Numbered from the stretch's first letter, positions 10,558-19,874 are shown. The stretch: 64,000 nt of DNA from an uncultured Acidimicrobiia bacterium (GCA_963719775.1 CAVRCY010000011.1:6156-70155), one strand, 5' to 3'. Notes: a model not told the origin generated them from the sequence alone. Made by a program: numbers and translations.

Positions 10558-10998
10558 ATGACGACCACCATCCCCGACCTCGACGACTTCAAGGCACTCG
10601 ACCCGTTCTTTCGCATCATCGAGAAGGGGCTCGACGGCATCGCCGATGGCCCCCACTTCTTCGACCTGCTGGCCGACGACATCATCGTCGACTACATCAT
10701 CACGGTTCCCGGCTACCCCAGACATGTTGAAGGCCGTCACGCCGTCGCCGAGCTCTATCGCCCGTACGGAACCATGATCGTGCTGGACCGATGCCATGAC
10801 CTCGCGGTCCACCACGACACCAAGACCGTCGTCGTCGTGCTCGAGTACGCCTCCGAAGTCAGGGTCGTTTCGACGGGCGCCTCGTACACCAACCGGTACA
10901 TCTCCGTACTCACCATCGCTGACCGCCAGGTCACCCACTGGCGCGACTACCTCGACCCCGTCGCCGTCTTCGACGCGCTCGGATGGCCACAGGCGTAG
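10558..10998 (+). CDS. SnoaL/NTF2-like fold protein
   Basis: 146 aa, ...RYISVLTIADRQVTHWRDYLDPVAV; size and C-terminal pattern fit ketosteroid-isomerase-like proteins. Confidence 0.55.
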   Translation: MTTTIPDLDDFKALDPFFRIIEKGLDGIADGPHFFDLLADDIIVDYIITVPGYPRHVEGRHAVAELYRPYGTMIVLDRCHDLAVHHDTKTVVVVLEYASEVRVVSTGASYTNRYISVLTIADRQVTHWRDYLDPVAVFDALGWPQA

Positions 10999-11034
10999 GG
11001 CCACTGGCCTTCCACAAGAGCGTGGGCGGTGCAG

Positions 11035-11057
11035 TACGCCGAATGACGCTAGCGAGC
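11035..11057 (+). promoter_or_regulatory. Box 1 copy 1 (TACGCCGAATGACGCTAGCGAGC)
   Basis: Invariant 13-mer at 11044-11056. GAGAAT at 11074-11079 lies 18 nt after TAGCGA. The SDR ATG is at 11133. Confidence 0.6.
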
Positions 11058-11132
11058 CGCCGAGAGCCGGCAAGAGAATCGGTGCTTCCTGCGAACAGGC
11101 ACTGTCGACGCCAGACATACGGGAGATGCGCA

Positions 11133-11903
11133 ATGAAAGGACTCAGGGACAGGGTTGCGATCGTTGCCGGTGCGGCACCCGGCAACATCGGCGGCGCAAC
11201 AGCGGTCCGTCTCGCGGAGGAGGGCATGGCGGTTGTGGTCGCCGATCTGGACAAGAGTGCAGCTCAGTCCGTGGTCGACGTGATTCGCGGCTTCGGCGGC
11301 AGCGCCGCTTCTCGACCCTTCGACATCACCGACGAGGCGTCGTACGCGGAGCTCGTCGACTTCACGATCAACGAGTTCGGCGGGCCAGACGGCCTGTTCA
11401 ATGTGGCCGCCGATCTCTCAGCCAACACGGTGGGGCGGGACAGCGACGTCATCTCTGTCCCGCTCGACGTATGGCGGCACACCATCGATGTCACGCTCAC
11501 CGGATACATGTACGGAATCAGGCATTCACTTCCCATCATGATCGAGCAGGGCCATGGTGCGATCGTCAACACGATGTCGAGCGTCCTTTGGATGGGTGGA
11601 GCTCAGAGGGTCGCGTACCAAGCTGCCAAGGCGGGGTTGTACGGGCTGACTCGACACACCGCCAGTTTGGGTGGCAAGCGCGGCGTGCGATGCAACTCGG
11701 TCGCCCCAGGGGTGACGCTCACCCGAGCGGCACTCGAGCACCTCACCGAGGGGTACCGCGCCGAGGTCCTCGCGCAGGTGCAGTCGCCTCGACTTGCAGT
11801 CCCGGAGGACATCGCCGGCGTGGTTGCGTTCCTCCTGTCCGACGACAGCGCGTACATCAACGGCCAGACGATTCTCGTCGACGGCGGTCGCAACTTCACC
11901 TGA
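11133..11903 (+). CDS. short-chain dehydrogenase/reductase (SDR)
   Basis: MKGLRDRVAIVAGAAPGNIGGATA..., YQAAKAGL (YxxxK), VNGQTILVDGG; GGGAG precedes ATG 11133. Confidence 0.85.
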   Translation: MKGLRDRVAIVAGAAPGNIGGATAVRLAEEGMAVVVADLDKSAAQSVVDVIRGFGGSAASRPFDITDEASYAELVDFTINEFGGPDGLFNVAADLSANTVGRDSDVISVPLDVWRHTIDVTLTGYMYGIRHSLPIMIEQGHGAIVNTMSSVLWMGGAQRVAYQAAKAGLYGLTRHTASLGGKRGVRCNSVAPGVTLTRAALEHLTEGYRAEVLAQVQSPRLAVPEDIAGVVAFLLSDDSAYINGQTILVDGGRNFT

Positions 11904-12016
11904 GCGCAGTCACGTCAACAGCATCACGCACCAAACGGGCTCTTCGGATCTGAGCGAGCGCGGTGCGTGTAGCTGGGGCGGCCGCGGATGGTCGACGAGG
12001 TCGGTGCTGTGGCTCA

Positions 12017-12580
12017 TCAGCCGTTGAAGGCGACGTCGAGAGCCGAGCGGATCGACGCCGTGACGTCATCGATCGTGCCCGTCGCGTCGATGCGCACGAG
12101 GATGTCGCGTCCGGTGTAGTAGTCGACGAGCGGGAGCGTCTCGCTCGTGTAGACGTCGATCCGGTGGCGGATGGTATCGATGGCGTCGTCGACGCGCGTC
12201 GACGCCTCGCCGCGGGCGATCAACCGGTCGAGCAACTGTTCGTGTGGCACGTCGAGCAGGATGACCGCCTGCAGCGTGACGCCGTGACGAGACGCCACGT
12301 CGTGCGCGGCGATCGCCTGACGGACCGTCCTCGGGTACCCGTCGAGCACGAACCCCCCGGTGGCGTTCGGTCCGAGAACCTCCGCGCGCACGATCCTGAT
12401 CACGATGTCGTCTGCGACGAGGTCACCGCGGCTCATCGCTTCGCTCGCGGCCAGACCGAGCACGGTCCCGTCGCGGACATGCGCGCGAAGGAGTTCGCCG
12501 CTCGAGAGGTGCGGTACGCCGTAGCGCTCCGCCAGTCGTGCCCCTTGCGTCCCTTTCCCCGATCCGGGCGGCCCGAGCAT
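12017..12580 (-). CDS. adk: adenylate kinase paralogue (short-lid type); an in-frame GTG at 12709 would add 43 aa
   Basis: MLGPPGSGKGTQGARLAERYGVPHLSSGELLR...GFVLDGYPRTVRQA...RVDDAIDTIRHRIDVYTSETLPLVDYY. Confidence 0.75.
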   Translation of the reverse strand: MLGPPGSGKGTQGARLAERYGVPHLSSGELLRAHVRDGTVLGLAASEAMSRGDLVADDIVIRIVRAEVLGPNATGGFVLDGYPRTVRQAIAAHDVASRHGVTLQAVILLDVPHEQLLDRLIARGEASTRVDDAIDTIRHRIDVYTSETLPLVDYYTGRDILVRIDATGTIDDVTASIRSALDVAFNG

Positions 12581-12748
12581 CAGCGCTCGCAGTCGATCGA
12601 TGCGCACGTCGTGACCCCGAACCGTCAGGGAACCAACGTTGAACCGACCAGGGTTGAGGACCGTTCGGCGGGCGGCGTCGAAGTCATCGACGACGTCGAC
12701 ACTGGTCACGCCGGCCCTGCACAGCCACCACCATCGCGGCGCGGTCGA

Positions 12749-12774
12749 ACTGCTCGCTAGCGTCAAATGATGTA
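12749..12774 (-). promoter_or_regulatory. Box 1 copy 2 (minus strand: TTACATCATTTGACGCTAGCGAGCAG)
   Basis: 13-mer at 12752-12764 (reverse complement). GATGGT at 12729-12734 (minus) lies 18 nt after TAGCGA. It faces the adk-like gene. Confidence 0.6.
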
Positions 12775-12908
12775 AGTCACGGCGGCCCGCTCTGGCGAGC
12801 GTGTGGCGGACAAGCGGAGACACCGCGAGGCCCACTCCTCGCGGCCCCGGGCCTGCTTCGCGGGACGCGCCGCCGGTCGAAGAAGGAGCGATGGAGTGCC
12901 TCATGGCA

Positions 12909-12931
12909 TACGGCATGTGACGCTAGCGAGC
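12909..12931 (+). promoter_or_regulatory. Box 1 copy 3 (TACGGCATGTGACGCTAGCGAGC)
   Basis: 13-mer at 12918-12930. GAGACT at 12948-12953 lies 18 nt after TAGCGA. The ligase ATG is at 13013. It sits back-to-back with copy 2. Confidence 0.6.
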
Positions 12932-13012
12932 CGACTTTGGTGACGGAGAGACTGGCTGGCATGACAGTTCGAATCGTCACTGCCGGACGAGTCGGGACAC
13001 GTTGACACCTCG

Positions 13013-14596
13013 ATGTCGTTGCTTCGCCGGCTGACCGCTGGGGCGATCCTGGCCGGCACGAATGTCTCGCCGTTTGAGCGTCCGGACCGGCTGCCGAGGG
13101 CGATGATCGCGATGGCGCCGTGGGGGGCGACACCGATGGGTAGCGTCGCCGCTGCGGCGAAGCGGTATCCCACCCGCGTTGCGGTCGTCGACGACGACGG
13201 TGTCACGACGTACGGTGAACTCTGGCGCGACGCCCGGCACGTCGCCGCCGGACTCGCTGCTCGAGGGATCGGCCCCGGCTCCACCGTGGGCTTGCTGTGC
13301 CGCAACCATCTCGGCTTCGTGGAATGGCTCGTCGCCATCTCGGCAACTGGTGCCGACGTCGTTCTCCTGAACACGGGCTTCGCCGGCCCACAGCTCGCGG
13401 ACGTGGTCCGCAGCGAGGGCATCGGCTACCTGATTCACGACGACGAGTTCACCGGCATCGTCGCCACGTGCGATGTCGACACCTTTGACGAACGCCGCAT
13501 GCAGAAGCTCACGCTCACCAACGGGTCAGCGACGCCTCGATGTCGGCAGGGCCGTATGGTCATCCTGACGTCGGGCACGACCGGGCGACCCAAGGGCGCG
13601 GCGCGGCGCAACCACCCTGCGGCGATCGAGGGCGTGGCGGCGCTGCTCGCGCGGATCCCGTACAGACTTGGCGACACGCAGATCATTGCCGCTCCGATGT
13701 TCCACGGTTGGGGGCTCATCAACCTGCTTCTTGGTCTCGGACGATGCGCGACCAACGTGCTCGCACGTCGGTTCGACGCGGCGGCCACCCTGCGTTCGAT
13801 TTCGGAGCACCACGCCGACGTGGTCATCGTCGTGCCGGTGATGCTGTCGCGCCTTCTCGGTCTGGCTCCCGACGTGCTCGTGTCCGCACCCACCCCGAAC
13901 TTGCGGGTGATTGCGTCGAGTGGAGCGGCGCTCGGAAGCAGGCTCTCCACCCAGGTGCTCGATCGCTTCGGCCCGGTGCTGTACAACGTGTACGGATCGA
14001 CTGAAGTAGCGCTGGCGACGATCGCGACCCCACGCGACCTGCGCAACGCTCCGGCGACTGCCGGACGTCGCGGGTTCGGAGTGCACGTCGAGATCCTTGA
14101 TGATCACGGGGAGCGAGTTCCCGACGGCACAGTTGGCCGTGTGTTCGTTGGTGGATCGATGCGCTTCGACGGCTACACGACTGGCGGCAGCAAGGAGATG
14201 CGGCACGGCCTGCTCTCGTCGGGTGATCACGGCTACTTCGAGCAGGGGCTGCTGTTCGTCGAGGGCCGCGAGGACGACATGATCGTCTCGGGCGGTGAGA
14301 ACGTCTTCCCCGGCGAGGTGGAGGAACTGCTCAGCCACCACCCCGCCGTCACCGACGTTTCGGTGGTCGGCGTAGCTGACTCCGAGTTCGGTCAAGCACT
14401 GGCCGCGTTCGTCGTCGTGCGTGACGAGGCGACGATGACCGTCGACGACGTGCGCGCCCACGTGAGAGAGCATCTCGCCCGCCACAAGGTGCCCAGGCGG
14501 GTGGAGTTCCTCGAGGAGATCCCCCGGAACCCGGCCGGCAAGGTCCTGCGCCGCGCCCTCGTCCAATCGGGCGAAGCGGCGTGGGAGGCACAGTGA
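13013..14596 (+). CDS. AMP-dependent acyl-CoA synthetase/ligase
   Basis: ILTSGTTGRPKGA, YGSTE, GDHGYFEQGLLFVEGREDDMIVSGGENVFPGEVE and PRNPAGKVLRR motifs. Confidence 0.9.
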   Translation: MSLLRRLTAGAILAGTNVSPFERPDRLPRAMIAMAPWGATPMGSVAAAAKRYPTRVAVVDDDGVTTYGELWRDARHVAAGLAARGIGPGSTVGLLCRNHLGFVEWLVAISATGADVVLLNTGFAGPQLADVVRSEGIGYLIHDDEFTGIVATCDVDTFDERRMQKLTLTNGSATPRCRQGRMVILTSGTTGRPKGAARRNHPAAIEGVAALLARIPYRLGDTQIIAAPMFHGWGLINLLLGLGRCATNVLARRFDAAATLRSISEHHADVVIVVPVMLSRLLGLAPDVLVSAPTPNLRVIASSGAALGSRLSTQVLDRFGPVLYNVYGSTEVALATIATPRDLRNAPATAGRRGFGVHVEILDDHGERVPDGTVGRVFVGGSMRFDGYTTGGSKEMRHGLLSSGDHGYFEQGLLFVEGREDDMIVSGGENVFPGEVEELLSHHPAVTDVSVVGVADSEFGQALAAFVVVRDEATMTVDDVRAHVREHLARHKVPRRVEFLEEIPRNPAGKVLRRALVQSGEAAWEAQ

Positions 14597-15612
14597 CCTG
14601 TGGCTTCGCCGACCTCGCGGAGTCGCTCTCGCAGACGGAGGTCGGGGCCGGGGCGCTACGGGCCGGCATCCGTTACGAAGCGCTGCTCCGGGACCAGCAC
14701 CGCTGGTACCAGCGCGCGGTGACGATGGCCACTGGCCTCCGAACGGAGCAACAGCGACGAGAACGCCGCGAGCGGTGGCAACGCCACCGGCTGGCGCCCG
14801 AGCGCCGCGTCGGTGGATCCGACGCGCCGGTGGTGTTCTGGCACGGGCCCGACTGCGTGGATGGCCACGATCGACCGCTGGTCGTTCTCGTCAACGGATG
14901 GACCGCGTCGGGTCTGCTGTGGCCCGCCGACCTCGTCAAGCAGCTCGAGGATCGCTGCGATGTCGTCCGGATCGACAACCGCGGCTCCGGCTACTCGCGC
15001 ACCGCGCCGGCCCCGTTCACGATTGCGCAGCTGGCCAATGACGTCGCCGGGGTGCTGCGAGCGATCGGCGCTCGCTCCGCGACCGTCGTCGGCTTGTCGA
15101 TGGGCGGCATGATCGCCCAGGAGACGGCGATGCGCCACCCCGAGCTGGTCGCGCGGTTGGTGCTCTGCGGCACGCGGCCTCCCGCACCGGTCGGGTTCCT
15201 GCCGGCGAGATCCGTCGTGGCGGCGTCGATGTCGCCACCTCGTCCAGATGAGCCGCTCCGTGAGTACTTCGAGCGCTCCTGGAGCGCCGTGGTCGGCCCG
15301 GGCTACACGGCTCGACGGCCCGACTGGATGCGCGAGCTCGTCGATCGGAGCGTCGAGCGCCCGACCCCTCGCGCCGGCGTCATCGCCCAGTTGCGGGCCA
15401 TCACGAGCTGGTCCGGCGCCGGCCGGCTCACCCAGATCGCCGTACCGACCATCGTCCTCCACGGCGCAGAGGACCCGCTCAGCCCGGTCGGCAACGGGAT
15501 GCGACTCGCCCAGCTGATCCCCGACGCCGAGTACGTCGAGCTGCCCGCCGTCGGTCACCTCGTCCCGTTCGAGGCGCCCGAAGCGCTCCTCGCCGCGGTC
15601 TTTTCGACGTGA
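14581..15612 (+). CDS. alpha/beta hydrolase (start uncertain: GTG 14581 or ATG 14725)
   Basis: VLVNGWTASGLLW, GLSMGGMIAQ (GxSxG), HGAEDPLSP, GHLVPFEAP. Confidence 0.75.
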   Translation: MGGTVTCGFADLAESLSQTEVGAGALRAGIRYEALLRDQHRWYQRAVTMATGLRTEQQRRERRERWQRHRLAPERRVGGSDAPVVFWHGPDCVDGHDRPLVVLVNGWTASGLLWPADLVKQLEDRCDVVRIDNRGSGYSRTAPAPFTIAQLANDVAGVLRAIGARSATVVGLSMGGMIAQETAMRHPELVARLVLCGTRPPAPVGFLPARSVVAASMSPPRPDEPLREYFERSWSAVVGPGYTARRPDWMRELVDRSVERPTPRAGVIAQLRAITSWSGAGRLTQIAVPTIVLHGAEDPLSPVGNGMRLAQLIPDAEYVELPAVGHLVPFEAPEALLAAVFST

Positions 15613-15635
15613 GCTCGAGCTGGAGCCTCCCTGGC

Positions 15636-15660
15636 TACGTCATCTGACGCTAGCGAGCGG
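15636..15660 (+). promoter_or_regulatory. Box 1 copy 4 (TACGTCATCTGACGCTAGCGAGCGG)
   Basis: 13-mer at 15645-15657. GAGAAT at 15674-15679 lies 17 nt after TAGCGA. GGAGAG then precedes GTG 15703. Confidence 0.6.
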
Positions 15661-15702
15661 AGATTGCCACCAAGAGAATCTGTTTTCGACTGGAGAGACA
15701 TC

Positions 15703-16092
15703 GTGGCTCAGCAATCATCTCCGCTGTGGAAGCAGCTGTTCGACGTCCTCGACAGACGGTTGAGCCCGACGATCAACGAGTTGGCGAAGAGCGATGATGT
15801 CGGCACCGTCATTGCCCTCGGACATCGCGCCCGCAGCAAACTCGCGCAGCGGCTCGAAGCAAGCTCTCGTCGAGTTCTCCATCTGTGGAACCTGCCCGCC
15901 GGGAGTGATGTCAACCGACTGCTCGAGCACATCTCGCGCGTAGAGCGCGAGGTCCGCGACCTCCGCAACCAACTGGTCGACAGGGAGAATGCCGACCATC
16001 TGGCGTCGCTGTCGGAGCGGCAGTCGGCGTCGAAGTCCGAGGGACGGCCGAACCCCCCCAGGAAGCGGGTGGCAGCGGCGGACGGTCCGTGA
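15703..16092 (+). CDS. small PHA-synthase partner-like protein (PhaE/PhaR-like, 129 aa)
   Basis: NLPAGSDVNRLLEHISRVEREVRDLRNQL resembles the conserved C-terminal box of class III/IV synthase partner subunits. The gene lies directly upstream of phaC with a 1-nt gap. Confidence 0.45.
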   Translation: MAQQSSPLWKQLFDVLDRRLSPTINELAKSDDVGTVIALGHRARSKLAQRLEASSRRVLHLWNLPAGSDVNRLLEHISRVEREVRDLRNQLVDRENADHLASLSERQSASKSEGRPNPPRKRVAAADGP

Positions 16093-16093
16093 C

Positions 16094-17170
16094 GTGGCGA
16101 CGGTCGAGCGTCCAGCCGCGCTGCTCGAGAGGATGCGGCACGACTTCGAGCGCAGTGCCCTGCGAACACGAAACGGCCTGAAGCATCTCGCCGGGATCGG
16201 GACGCCCGACGTCGGGTGCTCGCCGAAGGATGTGGTGTGGCGGCGCGACAAGGTTCAGCTGAACCGCTACCACAGCGATCGTCGCACCATCGCCCCACCG
16301 ATCCTGCTGGTCATGAGCTTGGTGTCCAAACCGTACGTGCTCGATCTCCGCCCGACCAACAGCTTCGTCGAGGCCCTCACCACGCGTGGCTTCGACGTCT
16401 ACATGCTCGACTGGGGTACCCCGGACGCAGGGGACGCCCACAACACGTTCGAGACCTACTGCGACGAGTACATCCCGTACGCGTGTGCGGTGGCGATGCG
16501 CACGAGCGGCGTCGACGACATCCACGTCTTCGGCTACTGCTTCGGTGGTGTGCTGTCGTTGATCTTCGCCGCCGGTCACCCCGAGATCCCGCTGCGCACT
16601 CTGTCGCTGATGGCAACACCGATCGACTTCGGCGAGGTTGGCGGAACCACGAGGTTGCTTCGAACGGGACGGATCGAAGTCGAGGACTTGCTCGACGAGA
16701 CGGGGAACGTACCTGCTGAGACGGTCCAGCGCGGAATCATGTCCGCTCGGGTCACCGGCTACGCAACACTGTACGCCTCGCTCCTCGAGAACCTCGAGAG
16801 CAGTGACTACATCGCGGCCCATCAAGCCCTGCATGGTTGGGCGTCCGACCACATCCCGTTTCCCGGCGCCTGTTTCCGGCAGACCGCGGAGTGGCTCGTC
16901 CGCGAGAACCGACTGGCGGAGAACCGACTGGTCACCGCACGCGGTGAGCTCGACATCGGCTCGATCTCCTGCCCCGTCATGAATTCCGTGGGCACCGGCG
17001 ACCACCTCGTGCCCATCGAGTCGAACCGGCCCGTGCTCCGCCTCGTCCCCGACGTCGACGACCTCCAGTTCCCCACCGGGCACGTCGGGCTGATCGTCGG
17101 CGGAAAGGCGCACAGCGTGTCGATCCCCGGCATGCTCGACTGGATCGAGCGACGCAGTGATCGTGTGTAG
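16094..17170 (+). CDS. phaC: class III-type poly(3-hydroxyalkanoate) synthase catalytic subunit
   Basis: 358 aa from GTG 16094. Has PILLVMSLVSKPYVLDL, the lipase-box Cys in GYCFGG, later GTGDHLVP and PTGHVGLIV. The size fits class III/IV PhaC. Confidence 0.8.
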   Translation: MATVERPAALLERMRHDFERSALRTRNGLKHLAGIGTPDVGCSPKDVVWRRDKVQLNRYHSDRRTIAPPILLVMSLVSKPYVLDLRPTNSFVEALTTRGFDVYMLDWGTPDAGDAHNTFETYCDEYIPYACAVAMRTSGVDDIHVFGYCFGGVLSLIFAAGHPEIPLRTLSLMATPIDFGEVGGTTRLLRTGRIEVEDLLDETGNVPAETVQRGIMSARVTGYATLYASLLENLESSDYIAAHQALHGWASDHIPFPGACFRQTAEWLVRENRLAENRLVTARGELDIGSISCPVMNSVGTGDHLVPIESNRPVLRLVPDVDDLQFPTGHVGLIVGGKAHSVSIPGMLDWIERRSDRV

Positions 17171-17172
17171 CG

Positions 17173-17712
17173 ATGCCCTCTGAGCTGCTGATCTCAGAGC
17201 TGGCCGGCGCGGACGTCGACGGTGTCTGGGCCTTCTTGCAGCATGTCCCGGAACGCGACCGAACCTTTGTGAAGGAACCGGTCATCGGGCGCGAGACCAT
17301 CCGCGGCTGGGCTGATGGCGACCGAGCGACCCGGTGCGTCGCGCTGCTCGACGAGCGCGTCGTCGGGTACGTTGCCCTGTTCCCCGGCGTGGGTTGGTCG
17401 CGGCATGTCGGCGAGCTGCGACTCGTCGTCGACCCCGCGTTCCGAGGACAAGGGATCGGCCAGCGGCTGGTCCGTCACGCGCTCACCGTCGCCGTCAACA
17501 CTGGACTCACCAAGGTTGTCGTCGAAGTGGTCGCCGAGCAGGAGTCGACGATCGCCGTCTTCAAACGGCTCGGCTTCCGAGTTGAGGCCCTCCTCGAGAA
17601 CCACGTTCAAGACCAAGACGGACGCTTCGGCGACCTCATCGTCCTCGCCAACCACATCGACGTCGACTGGCAGCTCCTCGCCACCGTCGGCCTCGACGAG
17701 CCGCTCGATTGA
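17173..17712 (+). CDS. GNAT-family N-acetyltransferase
   Basis: LVVDPAFRGQGIGQRLV...AVFKRLGF acetyl-CoA binding pattern. Confidence 0.8.
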   Translation: MPSELLISELAGADVDGVWAFLQHVPERDRTFVKEPVIGRETIRGWADGDRATRCVALLDERVVGYVALFPGVGWSRHVGELRLVVDPAFRGQGIGQRLVRHALTVAVNTGLTKVVVEVVAEQESTIAVFKRLGFRVEALLENHVQDQDGRFGDLIVLANHIDVDWQLLATVGLDEPLD

Positions 17713-19184
17713 ACGGCGTGAGCAGCGCGCATCATGTCGCGATCGCCGGGGCGGCACAAGTTGTGCAGCGACCAGACGACGGGAAGGATCTCGCCGACCG
17801 ATCCGGCCCGATCGAGCTGATGATCGACGCTGCCCGCGGCGCAGCACGTGACGCCGGCGCTGTGTCACTGCTCCGCAAGGTCGAGTGGATCGGTGTGGTT
17901 GGAGGATGGTGGCGATACCGCGATCCCGGCCGACTCCTCGCCAACGCCATCGGCGCCAACAGTGCCGCCACCGCGTTGACGTCCATCTCCGGCAGCGCAC
18001 CTCAGGAGCTCGTGGGCGTCGCCGCCGAGCGAATCCAGTCAGGAGGCCTCGACGTCGCGCTCGTTGTCGGAGGCGAGGCACGCTGGACAGCCCGGCGTCT
18101 GAAGCGGGTCGGGCAGGATCCGACATGGATCGCCGACGGCGGAGTTGGCCTACCGGAGATGTTGCCCGGCCTCCCCGACGAGATGATCAGCGAGGCGAGT
18201 GTGATCGGGCAGCCCGCCACTGCGTACGCGCTGTTCGGTGACAGTCGACGTCACGACCGCCATGAGAGCGTCGCTGCGAACCGCGACCGGATCGCGCGCC
18301 TGTGGGCGGTTTTCAGCAACGTGGCCGCGAACAACCGCTCTGCCTGGGATCGCGGGACGCACACGCCCTCCGAGATTCGCGAAGCGTCGCCATCGAACCG
18401 CATGATCGCGTTTCCGTACACGAAGGCGATGGTCGCCAAGAACACCGTGGACATGTCATCCGCTGTGCTCCTGTGCAGTGTCGGGGCCGCCCGTGCTGCG
18501 GGCGTACCGCTCGATCGCCTGGTGTTCCCACAGGTGACCACGGCTGCCCACGAAACGTGGAGGGTCGTCAACCGGAACCGCCTCCATCGACTCCCGGCAC
18601 TGGCGACCGCCGGCCATACCGCCTTCCAGCTGAGCGGACTGTCGCCGGACGAGATCGCGCACTTCGACCTGTACGCCTGCTTCCCAGCCATGGTGCAACT
18701 CGCGGTCGACGAGCTCGGGCTCGACGACGGTCGGCCGCTCACGGTGACCGGAGGTCTCGGGTTCGCCGGGGCTCCCGTCGCGAACTCGTCCGGGCAGGCG
18801 ATCGCCGCGATGGTCCCGCTCGTGCGCTCCGGCGGCGCCGGATTCGTGCACGCCAACGGCGGCATGGCGACGAAGCATGCGATCGGCATCTACACGTCGA
18901 ACCCACCAGCCACGTTTCGCCGCGTCGACGTCAATGACGATGTCGAGCACCACGCCCGCCCCGACGCTCCGAGCGACTGGTCCGGAAGGGCCCACGTCGA
19001 GGCGGCGACCGCCACCTACGACGGCGACGATGCCGCCGCTGCGTTCGTCGCGGTCCAGACGCCCGACGGCCGGCGATGCTTCGGGACGACCCACGACTCC
19101 GACGTCGTGAGCGCTGTCCTCTCGGGTGAGCTCACCGGCCACCAGGTCAACCGCGGCGGCGACGGATCGATCCAAACCGCCTGA
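17709..19184 (+). CDS. thiolase-like protein (SCP-x/acetyl-CoA acetyltransferase superfamily) with a C-terminal extension
   Basis: HVAIAGAAQV..., GGLDVALVVGGEA, FDLYACFPAMV, VTGGLGFAGAP. Its start overlaps the GNAT stop (TTGA). Confidence 0.7.
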   Translation: MNGVSSAHHVAIAGAAQVVQRPDDGKDLADRSGPIELMIDAARGAARDAGAVSLLRKVEWIGVVGGWWRYRDPGRLLANAIGANSAATALTSISGSAPQELVGVAAERIQSGGLDVALVVGGEARWTARRLKRVGQDPTWIADGGVGLPEMLPGLPDEMISEASVIGQPATAYALFGDSRRHDRHESVAANRDRIARLWAVFSNVAANNRSAWDRGTHTPSEIREASPSNRMIAFPYTKAMVAKNTVDMSSAVLLCSVGAARAAGVPLDRLVFPQVTTAAHETWRVVNRNRLHRLPALATAGHTAFQLSGLSPDEIAHFDLYACFPAMVQLAVDELGLDDGRPLTVTGGLGFAGAPVANSSGQAIAAMVPLVRSGGAGFVHANGGMATKHAIGIYTSNPPATFRRVDVNDDVEHHARPDAPSDWSGRAHVEAATATYDGDDAAAAFVAVQTPDGRRCFGTTHDSDVVSAVLSGELTGHQVNRGGDGSIQTA

Positions 19185-19206
19185 GCGCCGTGAGGCAAGC
19201 CCCGAA

Positions 19207-19232
19207 TTACATCATTTGACGCTAGCGAGCAG
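19207..19232 (+). promoter_or_regulatory. Box 1 copy 5 (TTACATCATTTGACGCTAGCGAGCAG)
   Basis: 13-mer at 19217-19229. GAAGGT at 19246-19251 lies 17 nt after TAGCGA. The YceI ATG is at 19314. Confidence 0.6.
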
Positions 19233-19313
19233 TCAGAGCGCGAGCGAAGGTGGGGACGTGAGGCGCCTCGACATCTCGATCGCCATCGACCAAGCACTCG
19301 TCAGGAGGGTGCC

Positions 19314-19874
19314 ATGAGTGCTACTTCCGAGCAAACGATTCCTGGCTACGTCGCCGGTAGCTGGACGATCGACCCGGTGCATTCTGAGATCGGGTTCTCG
19401 GTCCGCCACCTCATGGTGTCCAAGGTGCGCGGCAAGTTCACCAGCTTCAGCGGTGACATCGTCACTGGCGAGTCGCCGGCCGATTCGAGCGTGACCGCGA
19501 CGATCGATCTCAGCTCGATCGACACCGGCAACCCCGACCGGGACAACCACATCCGATCCGCCGACTTCTTCGAGGTCGACCAGCACAAGACGATGAGCTT
19601 TCGGTCGACCAGCGTTCGCCGCGATGGCGAGGACTACATCCTCGACGGCGAACTCACGCTGAAAACGATCACCAAGCCGATCTCGCTGCGTCTTCAACTG
19701 GGGGGCTTCGGCCAGGATCCGTGGGGAGGGACCCGTGCCGGATTCGAGGCGATCGGTCAGCTCAAGCGCAGCGATTTCGGGGTCGACTTCAACATGGTGC
19801 TCGAGGCCGGCGGCGTCGTGATTGGTGACAAGATCGACATCACGCTCGAGATCGAAGCGGTACTGAACGCGTGA
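19314..19874 (+). CDS. YceI-family (polyisoprenoid/lipid-binding) protein
   Basis: WTIDPVHSEIGFSVRHLMVSKVRGKFTSFSG...IDTGNPDRDNHIRSADFF. AGGAGG precedes the ATG. Confidence 0.85.
   Translation: MSATSEQTIPGYVAGSWTIDPVHSEIGFSVRHLMVSKVRGKFTSFSGDIVTGESPADSSVTATIDLSSIDTGNPDRDNHIRSADFFEVDQHKTMSFRSTSVRRDGEDYILDGELTLKTITKPISLRLQLGGFGQDPWGGTRAGFEAIGQLKRSDFGVDFNMVLEAGGVVIGDKIDITLEIEAVLNA

Noticed and set aside
9724-11133. 469-aa minus-strand ORF
   Set aside because: It is antisense to the NmrA-like and SnoaL-like genes, which have clear family motifs. The translation is Gly/Asp/Arg/Val-rich with no recognisable domain. This is a typical high-GC shadow ORF.
14581-14596. Overlap of the hydrolase ORF start with the ligase stop as evidence for a fused or frameshifted gene
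   Set aside because: The two proteins belong to unrelated families and both are complete. A 16-nt overlap or a later ATG (14725) is sufficient explanation.
15911-17113. 400-aa minus-strand ORF
   Set aside because: It is antisense to phaC, with no family resemblance.
19207-19232. Box 1 read as an ordinary sigma-70 promoter with TTGACG as the -35
   Set aside because: No -10-like hexamer lies 16-19 nt after TTGACG in any copy. The A2/T6 hexamers sit 24-26 nt after it, so the TTGACG resemblance is probably incidental to a different recognition mode.
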